Translations under genes and position numbers: made by a program
Notes under the pieces: generated by a model
Database searches by the model: none
Told to the model about the DNA's origin: nothing
The model's input: the letters and a program-made list of their open reading frames with translations, nothing else
Shown here: positions 48,901-60,900 of the stretch, piece by piece
Numbering within the stretch: position 1 is the first letter of the stretch
How the letters are laid out: every line of letters starts with the position of its first letter
Assembly: GCA_905178155.1 (NCBI GenBank)
Contig: CAJINV010000002.1
Span: 1,919,216-1,983,215, forward strand
DNA: 64,000 nucleotides
Source of the DNA: Amoebophrya sp. A120
Lineage: Eukaryota; Protista; Dinoflagellata
Reading direction: 5' to 3'

Positions 48901-51900
48901 CTTGTCCTTTTTCTTCGCATGCCCCTCTGCCGTCCACGTTTTTATCCCTAAAAGCTCGTCGTTCGCCATCAATAGTCTGTCTCCCTGCTCTAGTTGTCGT
49001 TTACTCGCCCAGGACCCGACGTCGACGTGAGTCAAAGTACACTCATCAACCAGGCTGGAAAAAGGCTTGTTCGCGTTCCATCTCCCTGTTCCCCAGTTGA
49101 AACCAAGACTCCCCTCCTCCGGCTCTATGGAGTTCGCCTGCACCTGGAAAAAACACAACTCGTGGGACCGTTTGAGAAACACCATGTCGATACAGGGAAG
49201 GTCCAAATACTTCTTCGACTCATGGAACTTCGTGATGTCATACATCCGCATCAACATCGCCTCGTCTTGGTGCTTGCCCTTCCACGACTTCGTTATCGAC
49301 GATGGCTTCGTATTGCTCGCCTGCAACAAAATATCCCCCGCTTTCAACTTGTTCCGGTGGCCGACAGACCCGAAATCCGGATCATCCACGACCCTGACCA
49401 CCGGGTACTCGGACCAATCGAGATTGAAGCCCCATATCTGCCTTAATTTTTCATACGACTTCAAATCTTTTGATTTGATGATCGCCTTGTCGACGTCTTT
49501 TTGCGAAAATTTGATGAAGCAATCCTGTAACTCCTTGGGGGGAATTCCTGGTTCTGGTTGATTTGTTTTTTTCTGACCCGGGATCAAAGTCTGCGAGTAC
49601 AATTCCGGCGGAAAATCGTGGTTGAACGAGACGACTTTTAAGAGATAAGGGAGGAGAAACGGCTTATTCCTCCCAAACTCCTGTTTCTGCTCTTTTTCCC
49701 TTGCCGCTCTTTCCCTTTTCTTCTCCAACAATTCCAGTCGTTCTTTCCTCTGTTTCTCGATCCGCTCGTGCATTTTGTCCATCTGCTCCAGCTGTGTCTT
49801 CTTTTCCTCTTCCTCCGCTTGTTGCCTTGCGATAATCCGGCCGGCGGGGGATCGTTTGTAGTTTTTCTCCTTCTCCAGCTCCTCTTCCGCGTGTTTCTCG
49901 CGTTCTAATTCTTCCTGTTTGACTTTTTCCTGCTCATCCAGCTGTTTTTTCTCCTCCGCTTCTGCTTCTGCTTGCTTCGCTTCCTCCTCCTGCTTTTTCA
50001 GTTCTTCTATGCGAGGCAAAAGCAACGGGCTCGTAACATGAAAAATCGAAGCCATGCATGACAAATCGATGGCCTGTATGGGAATCAGCATGACAAACTG
50101 CGTATTCTTCTCTAGAAAAAATTTTTAGTGCGATTTTTGATTACTACCACGGTGCTTTTGTAATGGAATATCTTCCATTTCCTTTTTCAATTCCTCTTCC
50201 TCTTCCAAAATTTCCTCCTCATTCGGCACGTGCTTCTCGATCGCCTCGTGCCAAAATTCGATCTTCTTCGTCACCTCCGATGCCAAATGCTCTAATTCCT
50301 GCCCCCGGTGCATCAGTTCCGGGGTGAAGCCGTGCTGGTGGCCTTGTTCCAGCGCTTGTTCGTATTCGTGGTGGAGGTGTTCTAGCTCTTTTTCCAGCTC
50401 TTCTTTCTCATGGAGGAGTTCTTTTTTCTTCCAATGCGGCTTGGAGTGAAATTTGTGGTCAAATTCTAACCGGACAGGGTCGACTTGTGGCTTACCTTTT
50501 TTTCCAACGCCTTTTTTTGGAGCGGCTTTGCCTTTCGGTTTTGCTTTCGCGGCTTTGGCTTTGCCCGGAGGTGCAGTGGCGGATTTCTTACTTGTTCCAG
50601 AGGCTGGTTTTTTCGGTGCGCCGCCGCGGAGTTTTGGCTGATTTATCGGCGTATCCTGTACAAAAGTATCGTACTCGTATTGCAATAATGCATTACAAAT
50701 TTTTTTCTGAAGCTAAATCCGCATCACAAATTTTATTTCTCATGCTGAGGACATTTGTATTGCATTTATACGAGTACGATACTTTTGCAGTTCATACGGC
50801 GGCGGCGCGTAGCCGTTTTTTGAACTTGTTAGCAGAGGTTGTGTTGGGATTGACGCAGTGGAACGTGGAGTGGAAAAAACGACAGATGATCGCTGTGCAC
50901 CTGCACCATCTCCCGCGCGAGCAGAGAGAAGCTTCTTTGCGTGTCTGAGTTCCGCATCAGTGGCTCGACGTCCGGAGGTTGAAGAGGAGGAAGCGGAATT
51001 GCCTGTGATTGGAAACGGCGGTTGCGGAGGAACCACTGTGGCTGCAGCACGCACTGATGAAACTGGCGGACCAGTTAACTTCGGCTTGTTATCGCTTGGA
51101 GCCACGACGAGCGGCGACCTTGTTCTCTGCTTCGTCCTGGAGGAAGAAGTAGGCCTTTCGTAGCTTCTAGTTGTAGCGGGCTGCTCGGTAGTTTCACTAT
51201 TGGAAGAAGAAGACTCTTGCATGCTCCGAAACAGCCAGGCGTCGCGATCTTCAGCGGTTTTTTCATACAACATTTCTGCAACTGCGTCACCACTTGACGG
51301 CTCCGGGTAAAAAAGCATGTTCATGTTCGTCTCATGCTCCAGCATCCGCTGCCGCAACAAAGCCATGCGCAACGGTAGTTGCATCTCATCCTCCTCCTTC
51401 AGCATCTCTTTCCGCAAACTCGCCAGCTCGTCCAACTGCGTCATCGCTTCATTTTGGTTTTTCGCGATTTTTTCGTTCTGTTCCTCCTTTCTCAACCTCG
51501 CCTTCAAAGTTTTCTCATCCTTCACCCCCTGCAACTTCTCCGTCAAATCTTCCGTCGCGAGTTCGTCCATGTGCTTCATCGAAGATAAGTTTTCCGGCTT
51601 TTTCCTCCAAAACTCGTCTGCAGCACGAGCTTTCGGTAAAAATTTGAAATCAGCCTCGTCGTTCGCATTCTGCAGATCTTGCTCTAGTTTTTCGGAATAG
51701 GTTGGTTGTTTCGCAATGTTGTTTCTTTTCCTATGCTCCTCCGTTTCTGGTTTTCTTGTACTTGGGTCCAACCCCAAAGACATCAAAAACTGGTGCGTCT
51801 GGCGTTCCGCAATCGCAGCTTCGACTTCCGTAGGGCGGTCAATTCTCGAGTTGTCCATTTCCTTCCCTCTTCTGTACCACTTCTTCGCGATTGTTGCGAC

Positions 51901-54900
51901 TTCTTTCCTCCGATTGCTATCCTCGTCTTTGTACCGGTTCACGATTTCTAAAATTGTCGATGGTTTTTTCCACTTGTACTTGTGCCTACTAGACTTGATG
52001 TAGTTGTCCCAGGGTTTCGGCACTTTCAGCCGCATGTTGTTCTCTAAAATTTTCAGCCGCAACTTCTCCGGAAACCCAAATCCAAGCGACAAATCGACTT
52101 GCGGAGCACTATCGTTGTTCGTCCCTTGTCTCCGAAACAGCAAGTATTTCGGCCAGTTCAAATTGTAGTCGTGTTTCGCTTCTTCGACGACAGTTTCTTC
52201 CCTATGGTGGTGAGAATGGTGCTTCATTTCGATCAATTTGTGCCGGAATTCAATCCGGCTGGGGTCGAGGATGATATTCTCTCCCTTGTCCCGTGCGAAT
52301 TTGACGTATTGCTGATCATTCACGATGAGCAATTCGTCCCCGACCTGGAACCCGTTGTTCGCACCCCAGTCCGTGCTGTACTTGAGAACCTCGCCAACCG
52401 TGGAAAGAGTCGTGTCGAGGTTTTTCGCATATTCCTCATCTTCGGAAGTGGATGCGGGGAAAGAAGGCGGGTTGAACACCCCGTGGACCACTGTGGATTT
52501 GTTTTCGATTTTGTCATTCTTCGGCGTGAAAGCGGAAAAGTTATCTACATTTTTTGGTTTCGTCGCGGTTGCTGCTAACACAGATTTCACGATGTTCGTC
52601 AAAGTCGTGTTTTTATTCCCGAGTAATTGTTCCAAATTTGTTGTTCTTTCCAACGCAAAATCATTCCCATCGCTCGTTTTCATCCGCATAGAATAAAACT
52701 CCACACTGTCTTGGAGGCAGTAAGGATCGTCGGCCTTCACCTGTAAAAATTCCTGCTCTTTCACGTATTTCAACAAGCAGAAATGAATGTCCCCCGCTTT
52801 CATCCGCGCTAGTTTGTGCAAAATCGCGTGCTCAGGGGAATTCGTCGTTACAGTGATCCCCTTTTGCGCCGCGGTTTTAGCACCTGGCTTCTTGTAGTCC
52901 GGATTCGCTTTCTCGAATTGCCACCACTTCAACATGCTATTCCGTCCGGAAATTACCGTGTCCATGACAGTTAAGAGCAAGTCCCCCGCCCGGATGTTGT
53001 ACTTCGTCGCGGCTATAGAATCCTCCGCCGGGTCTTTCGCGACGCGGACAAAGGGAAAACGTGACCAGTCGAAATATAACCCGCCATTCACTTTGGAAAA
53101 CATCCGGCAGCAGATCTGTGCCTGGTCTTTGTCGTTTTCGATCTTGTTTAAGTGCTGCTGGATCGCCTGGTAGGACGGGCGGAGGGGCATTTTCACCTCG
53201 ATTAGGCAATTGTTGTGAATCTCCGGGTTGTCGGAGAAGGGGAGGTACTGAAGGGTGAAGAACGACGGGGCTTTTTTCACTTCAAATTTACTGGCAGTGC
53301 TGCTTGACGGGGGTGATGGCGCAGCTCCAGCTTTCTTCTCGACTGCGGCAGCGCTAGAAGAAGACGTCAACATCACCACCTGTTCTTTCGACGCCCCTCT
53401 GCTCGACCCCGCTCCAACAACGGTTGAATCCTTCGTTGCCCCGTGGGCGCCCTCGAACTCGAAAACGCTTTTTCGGAGGAAGTTTTGTTCCGCTGATTCT
53501 TCTTCCTCTTTGTCTAGAGAGGACGGGAAGAGTAAATTGCGAACCCGGTTTATAACCCGCTCAGGTATTAAATTCAGCACGAGTTTGAAAAAAAAGCAAC
53601 TGCTTTCCTTTTTCGTCTTTGAAACCGAAAAAAACAACCATCGCCAATTTTGATCAAATTGGAAAGTTGATCCGCGTGCTATGCTGGTCCTCGGAGCTCT
53701 CGGACCTGTGAAAAAACCTAAAATATAACAAAAAAAGCGCACTTTTGGAGATTTTGAAAAGCTAACCACGACGGTGCGGGGTCTCTTTTTCCTTTCGGAC
53801 CTGTGAAAAAACTACTTTTCCGGATCCGGCAGAAACGGGCCGGGTTTTTGGGTCCATTCTTGGACCCTTCCCACGGCGGTATGAGGTCGATTGATTTCAG
53901 ATGTTAACGCCCCCCCTGGAGGGGGGGTGCTTCCTCATCCAGGTTTTCTTGCAGAAAAAGCTTGCTCTTCTCTTGTATAAAGTGTTGCCTTTCCAAAGAT
54001 CGAAACCGCGCCGGCACCTTCGCCATACCACCGGCGGACTTACCGTTTAGGGACACATCAACAAGAGAACTGGAAGACCTTCGGACCAGCTAGCTTAAGA
54101 GCTGGGCTTTGAAGTAGCGACTTTAAATGGCGACGATTTGAGAAATAGCGGCTCGCTTTTTTTCAAAATATCGCTGAATTTGATTCCTGAGCGGGTTATA
54201 CGGTTGGTCAGCGGGAGGTGGGGCTTTTTTATCGAAGGTTCTTTGTCATGCTGTTCTTCCGTCCCAGACGCAAGTTCAACATCAACGTGTACTTCCTCCA
54301 GATCGACTGTGTCGTCTAGAATCTGCTCCACATCGTGCAATTCGTCGTGGTCATCAGAGGAGGAGTCGTCGGAAGCAGAAACTGCATCAGAAGACTCACC
54401 GATTTCTTCCCCGAAAGTTTCGCTTTTCGGAGTAGGATCAGGATCTTCATCTGAAGGACCGCCAAATCGTTGTTCGGCGGCATGGTTGTTATGCGGTGCT
54501 AAAACAAGTTGTGCGTCTTCCACATCCTGTTTATGAACGGACAAAATGCAAAACCGGACACGAAAAAAACCAAGAATAGTTGCGATTTTCAATTTTTGGG
54601 CGGTTCAGAGTTGGGTCGTGAGGCGACGCGGTGCCCATGTTTGGGCGACCAACAGCGCCAAGAACTGGTGGCCGCGAAGCCTTGGCGCGGATGTGGGGTG
54701 GGAGCCTTTTCGGGGCTGCTGCTGGCGGTCCGCTTGCTCTTCGGCCGAGTTTCAACAAACGAAGCGAAGGCGCAAGGGCTTTGACCGGGATGGACAGCAG
54801 ATCCCGCCCGCGAGCTCTGCCAGCCCGCCTAGCGAGGGGGGCCCATAATGAGTTACGCCATTGCGCTTGCAACGGCGAGGCCGGGTTTCTGGTTTCGCCT

Positions 54901-57900
54901 CTGTGTTGCCCAAATATGGGCTCGGTGGTTATCATGGTCTCGGCATGAAAAAAAAAGGGAAAACCCGAACCCAGCGCCAGCAGGGGAGGGCGATCAGCCG
55001 CGCAAACCGGATCGGCGAAGGGGCCTGGGTGCTTCCCGGCGTGCGCCTCCCCCCCCCCCCTTTATTTTCCATCCCCATTCCCAGCCCACCCAACTTTAGC
55101 AAGGTGGCCCTCCAGTCCCCAGCATGTTCGCCATCCTTCTCCATCTTGCCTTCCCCTGCGCACCCAGTCCAATGTTTCGAAGGGTGTGGGAAAGCCTTCA
55201 TCCACACCTGCCATTTTGTATGTTGGGTGGGCGCTTTGCCGCGTGCGAAATTGCAAATCGGCAACAGAAAAAAAACAGGCCAAATGCGGAAAACCCAGGG
55301 GCCGCGATGTTTCTTCGGGCGGTCGCGAAGGGGCCCAACGACAAATATCCAGCGTTGAATGTGCGCAAGGCCGGGCAAAAAACCTGCAAGGCGTCGAGGC
55401 CGATTCAGGGCCGCAAAAGATGGCCGATCCAAGAATCTTGGTTTTTTCGCGGGTTTTTTTCCCCATCTGGCCAATTCTTGGCCAAAAAGCCGCTTTTTGG
55501 CCAAGAATTGGCCAGAAGGGGGAAAAAAAACCTGGAAAAAACCAAGACTCTTGGTAGGGACTTTGCGCGCCGCCTTGCAAATTCGAAGCGAAACGCCGCG
55601 CGCTTGGCCCGGTCGCGACTGCCTGCGGAAGTGTCGCGGCCCCGGCACCTTTCGTGTTTTGGCTGCTTTTCTTGTTGTTGGCTCGCAATTTTGCACGCGG
55701 CGAAACCAGCGCCCATCACCTAAAACCGTAGGCGTTTGAAGGTTTTTCGCAGCTTATGGCCTTGGGGCAGCGACGGTTTTTTCGTGGGTGTTTTGCCCCC
55801 TTCGGCAGCCAAGGGAGGGACCCTTCCCCGCGAATTTCGGTCGGGCAAAAATGCGAACAAATTCGGAAGCAGCCCCCCAAGCACGCTGCAAGCTTTTAAG
55901 CTATTTTTCCGCAGCCAATTTTTCCGACGGGCCGAGCGGCGGCTGGGCCCATGCAAGACCAGAGGCCACAGCCCCGCCTCTCCCTGTCCGCCCCGCCTCC
56001 CAATCCCAGCGCTTTGCATGGGAGGGCCCGCTTCAAATAAAGTTGGCGGAAGGCCTAAGCCTAGGCTCTTTCTAGTATCCCGCTGCCCCCTGTGCGTGAC
56101 TCCTTGTGGCCCAACTTCAGGCCACAAGCCTCGGCGAAGTCCGCTCGGTGGGCGGGGTGGTAGAGCTCGCAGGCGGGGGTTGTTGCCTGTCTCGCGTGAA
56201 GACTTTGCGCCTTCGTTTCGGGTATTGGTGTTGGGCCGAAGAGAGGGCTGATCGCGAACAACAACCCAACAAAAGAATCGCCTGCGCATCCGCGTCAAGC
56301 CTTCCCTGCGGCCAGTTCTTCTCGTTGTTGGCCGTCCGGGCGTTGTCGTTTCGTCTTCGCACACACTGGCCGCGAACGGCCGAAAAGGTGCGGATCACGA
56401 TTATTCTTGGTTTTTTTCGTGTCCGGTTTTGCATTTTGTCCGTTCATAATCCTGTTCCAGGAACTCAAGCGTCTCTTCATCCGTCACCTCCTTCACGTGC
56501 AGTTTCCGTTTGCTAGGTGACAACTCTTCGTCCGCGGTCTCCAGGTAGAACATGAACGCCTGACCAGTGGTGCTGGTCCAGGATTTAGAAAGAGCGTCTT
56601 TTGGTTCTTGGTCTTTCTCCTCTCCCTCGGACTGCGATCCCGCGAGCCAGGAAGTGTCACTTCCGTTCTCTTCTTGCTTGCCGCGTTCCAGCACACCGTC
56701 GATTTCTACGTCCGAAGCGGCGAAAATGGAAGATCTGGCAGCCCCTTCCGACGATGAATCTGACTCTGCTTCAACATCCTCACCTTCCAAATCTTCCGGG
56801 GGCTCCGGATAGTGCAGTGGCGCGCCGGTGGATGCTCCCTTTGAAAAGGTGGAAGCGCCCATCTCCCCCGAAGCAGCTCCGACCATGTTCCACCCATCTG
56901 GCAACTTCCGTCTCAAATTCGGCTCCTTTTCTTGCAAATTCTCAAACTGCCCTCCGGGTTTGAGCCCGCCGGTCATTGACCGAATGAGAACCATCACCGG
57001 TCTCTTCGACTGCAATGCTTTCTTCGCGTCCTCGGCCTTTTTCGCGTAGACAAACTGATCCGCAATGGAGACGAGCATTTCCGCTTGAATACCCTGCGAT
57101 TGTGCCCAGGATCCATCCGCGACAGAATTAATCTTTCCCGTTTCCGGATCTATCTCCATCCCGAGACAAGCGGAAGCGGTTCCATTTTCCTCCTCTTTCG
57201 CGACATCTTTCTCGACGAGTAATTGCACGTATTGGTCCTCCTTCACTTTCCGTAAGAACGCAAACGCCGCGACGGGGGTTTTCCCTCCTTGTGATCGTTC
57301 TTGCACTTTCTTCAAAATCGCCTCCTCGGGCGATTCCCCCGGCCAGCGCGCAACGTTGGTAATTCTTTCTGACATAGAGGCGCAAACCAGCATCCTGTCG
57401 CCGATGACCACGCCATTTTTAAACGCCCGGGTCTTCTCACCGTTATCATCTTGCTCCCTTAATTCGCTGACGGTGACACTTGGGTAATCGGACCAATCGA
57501 GTTTGATGTGGAAAACCTCGTAGAAAATTTGTCTTATCCTGTGCAAAAGCATACTAGTACTCGCAGTCATGCAAGACAGCTTTCTTTTTTCAAGCTAAAT
57601 CAGCATGACAAATTCCGTTTGTCATGCGGAGGTAATATGTATTGCAGTACTACGAGTACGATACTTTTGCAGTTCATATGTCTCGCGTTGTCCTTATTCA
57701 CGCTGGATAATTTCTCCGTATCGATCGACGTTTGCGCCCACCCGGTCACGCCCGCGGCTTTGAGGTCTTTGATCCCGCCGAGAAATTGGTAGAGATACGG
57801 GAATATGGATTGCAAAAGCATCGCACTAGTAGTAATCGCATTACAAATTAGCTCAGCACGGCAAATGGAACTTGTCATGCTGTTTTAGCTTGGGATGAAG

Positions 57901-60900
57901 ATTTGTAGATGCATGACTCTGATTACTACAAGCTCCATACCTTTGCAATGTATAGGGAGGGAGTTCGGGTCCATCTTCGATCCAGCTGCCATCGACTTGT
58001 TCGCGCCAGCGGAAGAGGTTCCTCCAGGCGCCACAGATTTCTTCGCTGCGGCGTCGGCCAACGCCATCGACTTCTGCGCCGAACCACCTGAATGGTCGCC
58101 ACCCACAGTGGACGCGCCGATACCCGAGGGCGCGGCGCCCATGGCGATGGATTTCTGTGCGTCTTGTGCGGATACAGAAGCTCGATCTGCGTCGGTTTTC
58201 CACTTGTCCGGGAATTCTCTGCTCATGTTCACCTCGTGCTTCTTCCGAACCGCGGATCCAAACCCGGAATCTATATTCTTCAACAACAACAAATTGCTCG
58301 TTTTACTTTCATGTAACAATTGCTGGACTTTATCCGCCGCCAATTCCGTCAAATCCCCATTACCCGTCGCGATGACAAAAGTTTTGTCCTTCACGATCAA
58401 TTCCGGTACCTTGCTCGCCCAACTCCCTTCCCGGATCTCCTTCACAAGACCTATTTTTTTCGATTCTTTACTCGTTTCAATTGTAATCCCGAACCCTTTA
58501 TCATCCTTGGTTAATGGCTTCGCCTTCACCTGGATGTAAGCTCGTTCATATTTCTGTCTCGCGAAGAGGAAAGTGGCTAAAGGTTTTTCCTTCGCCTTCC
58601 CCCGTTTGTAGATCCGGCCGAGGATTGCTTCTTCGGGTGAATCGCCTTCCCACTTCGTCAAGTTCGTGATCCTATCTTTCATATGCCGTGCAAAAGTAGC
58701 GCAGTCGTATAAATGCATTACAAATTTCCTCAGCATGAGAAATAAAATTTGTCATGCGCATTCACCTTACGAAAAAAATTTGTAATGCATGACTGCAATT
58801 ACGAGTACGATACTTTTGCACAGGATATTTCATGCTCGGGACGACTATCAACCTGTCCCCAACAACCACGTTGGCCTTCTTCGCAATCTATGCATTGCAA
58901 CAGTATCGCACTAGTAGTAGTTGCATCACAAATTTTCTCAGAAAGAGAAAGAAAGAGAAATGGAATTTGTAATGCCGATCCAGCTAAGAAAGTAGATTTG
59001 TTATGCAATGAACTAGTACGAGTGCGATAGTTTTGCACTGGATACCCTCGATGGTTCTTCCTTGCCCTCGGCGTTTTTCTGCGTTTCGACCACCTCAGAG
59101 ACGCGAACGATTGGAAACTCCTTTCCCCAAGCCGCGATTTTGAAGCCGAAGAGGTTGACGAATCTCTCCTTCGCGTCGAGTTTCTTGTTCGTCAACATTT
59201 TTGCGTCGATGGAATTCTGGTTCCAGCCGGTGAGCTATGACAGTGCACAACTCCCCCTCCCCCTCATTTGTCATGCAAAATATCCAATCCACCCTTTGCC
59301 TCTTGGCACTGTTTGCATGACAAGTTCTGGTAGCCCAAATAGCCGCCCCACACGACACCAGTGCAAATTTGTCATGCAAAACCGGCACTCTTGCTGATGC
59401 CTGTATTGCCGTTCATGCTATACAAATGACGACGAGTTGATGTGCACTGTCATATGAGTCCCGCCGCTTTGATGTCCGGCAGCATGCTGAGATAGGAGAC
59501 TAGGAAAGGCAAAACCGGAGCAGCGGTACTTGTTGCACCTCCAGTAGCGCTGCTTTTCTCGTCTTGTTTTTTCAAATCCGCTTTCGCCGCTTCGATTTCT
59601 TTGTCTTCGAGATTTGCACCGCCGTCGTGTCGTTCCTATGCAATACAAATTTCCCGCACATGGACAAAATACATGACAAATTTCGCTAACTTGGAGTGTC
59701 AAACTTGTCATGCTGACTAAGATTGAAGGGAAGTTTTGTCATGCAGAAACAACATTTGATGTACGTCATGTACGGGAAATTTACTGTGGATAGTTCCTCC
59801 ATCTCCGCCATCAACCGTTTTGCCGCTTCCGGTATGCATTGCAAATGTGCCTGGGTCTGGAAACTTGTGACGCTGAGTGGCGTAGCATGAGGAGGCCAAA
59901 AGTGCTGGCTGAGCATGACAAGTTTCTGAGCTTCTACTAAGGTGTTGCCTATTCTGCATGACAAACTGCGTTTCTGCATGACAGAAAACTGGGGCTCTTG
60001 GGTAACGTGCATGACAGATTTAAGAGTCATGCCAGGCAAGCATGACACAAATGCACTCTTCCAGACCCAGACATATTTGCACTTGATATCCGGGTCGGTC
60101 CATAACAAGGGTAACTTGAAATGCGGGAAGTCCTTCGTCTCCAAATTCTCTACCATCCAGTAGGGGAAGTGCCCGCCCGTATGCATTGCAAATATGCCTG
60201 GGTCTGGAAATTTGTCATGCTAATGTCCGAATGATACGCAAACTGTATTGCGGAGCCGCGCATGACAAGTTTCTGGGCGGCTACATCTAGCGTTAATCGC
60301 ATGACAAATTCCCTTTTTGCATGGCAACCAAGTGGCGCTGTAGCGCAGCAAGCATGACAGACTTTTGTGCATTGTCGCCCGAGCATGACGAGTTTGCATT
60401 CTTCTAGACCCAGACATTTTTGCAGTTCATAGCCCGTTCTTCGGAACAAAAAGTGAAAATCCTGGTTCTGCAGAAACGCGGTTTGGTAGTTTTTCTCCTC
60501 GTTTTTAACCCCAATGTCGATTTGGTAACCGGGGTAGGGTAACAATTTCGAGTTGACGGCGAGCAATGAGTCTCCAACCTCCAGCCCCACTCTTTCCGCC
60601 CAAGAGCCCGGCTGGATGAAGACGATGAAAAACTCCTTAAATTCGTTCTTCAGCTCGTTTTGCAAATGAGATGTCTGTCCCAATGTCATTTCCTTCGGGC
60701 CGCCGGAACCGGATTATGACAATGCATAACCCCCCCTCCCCCTCATTTGTAAAACATGAACGACAACACAAGCAGCGACAGAAATGGGCCTTTCGCATGA
60801 CAAATCTACACACGGACACCAGTAGTAGTCTAGTACTGTTTCAGTTTCCAAAATTTGTCATGCAGACAGTGCTTCCACGCAAGCGGTGGATTCGGTATTT

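Noticed and set aside
54532-56448. Transposase inside the large elements (also 53551-54200 and 61526-62776)
   Set aside because: No ORF with recognisable DDE, BED-finger or hAT dimerisation motifs; ORFs are short and low-complexity. The autonomous partner is not in this window.
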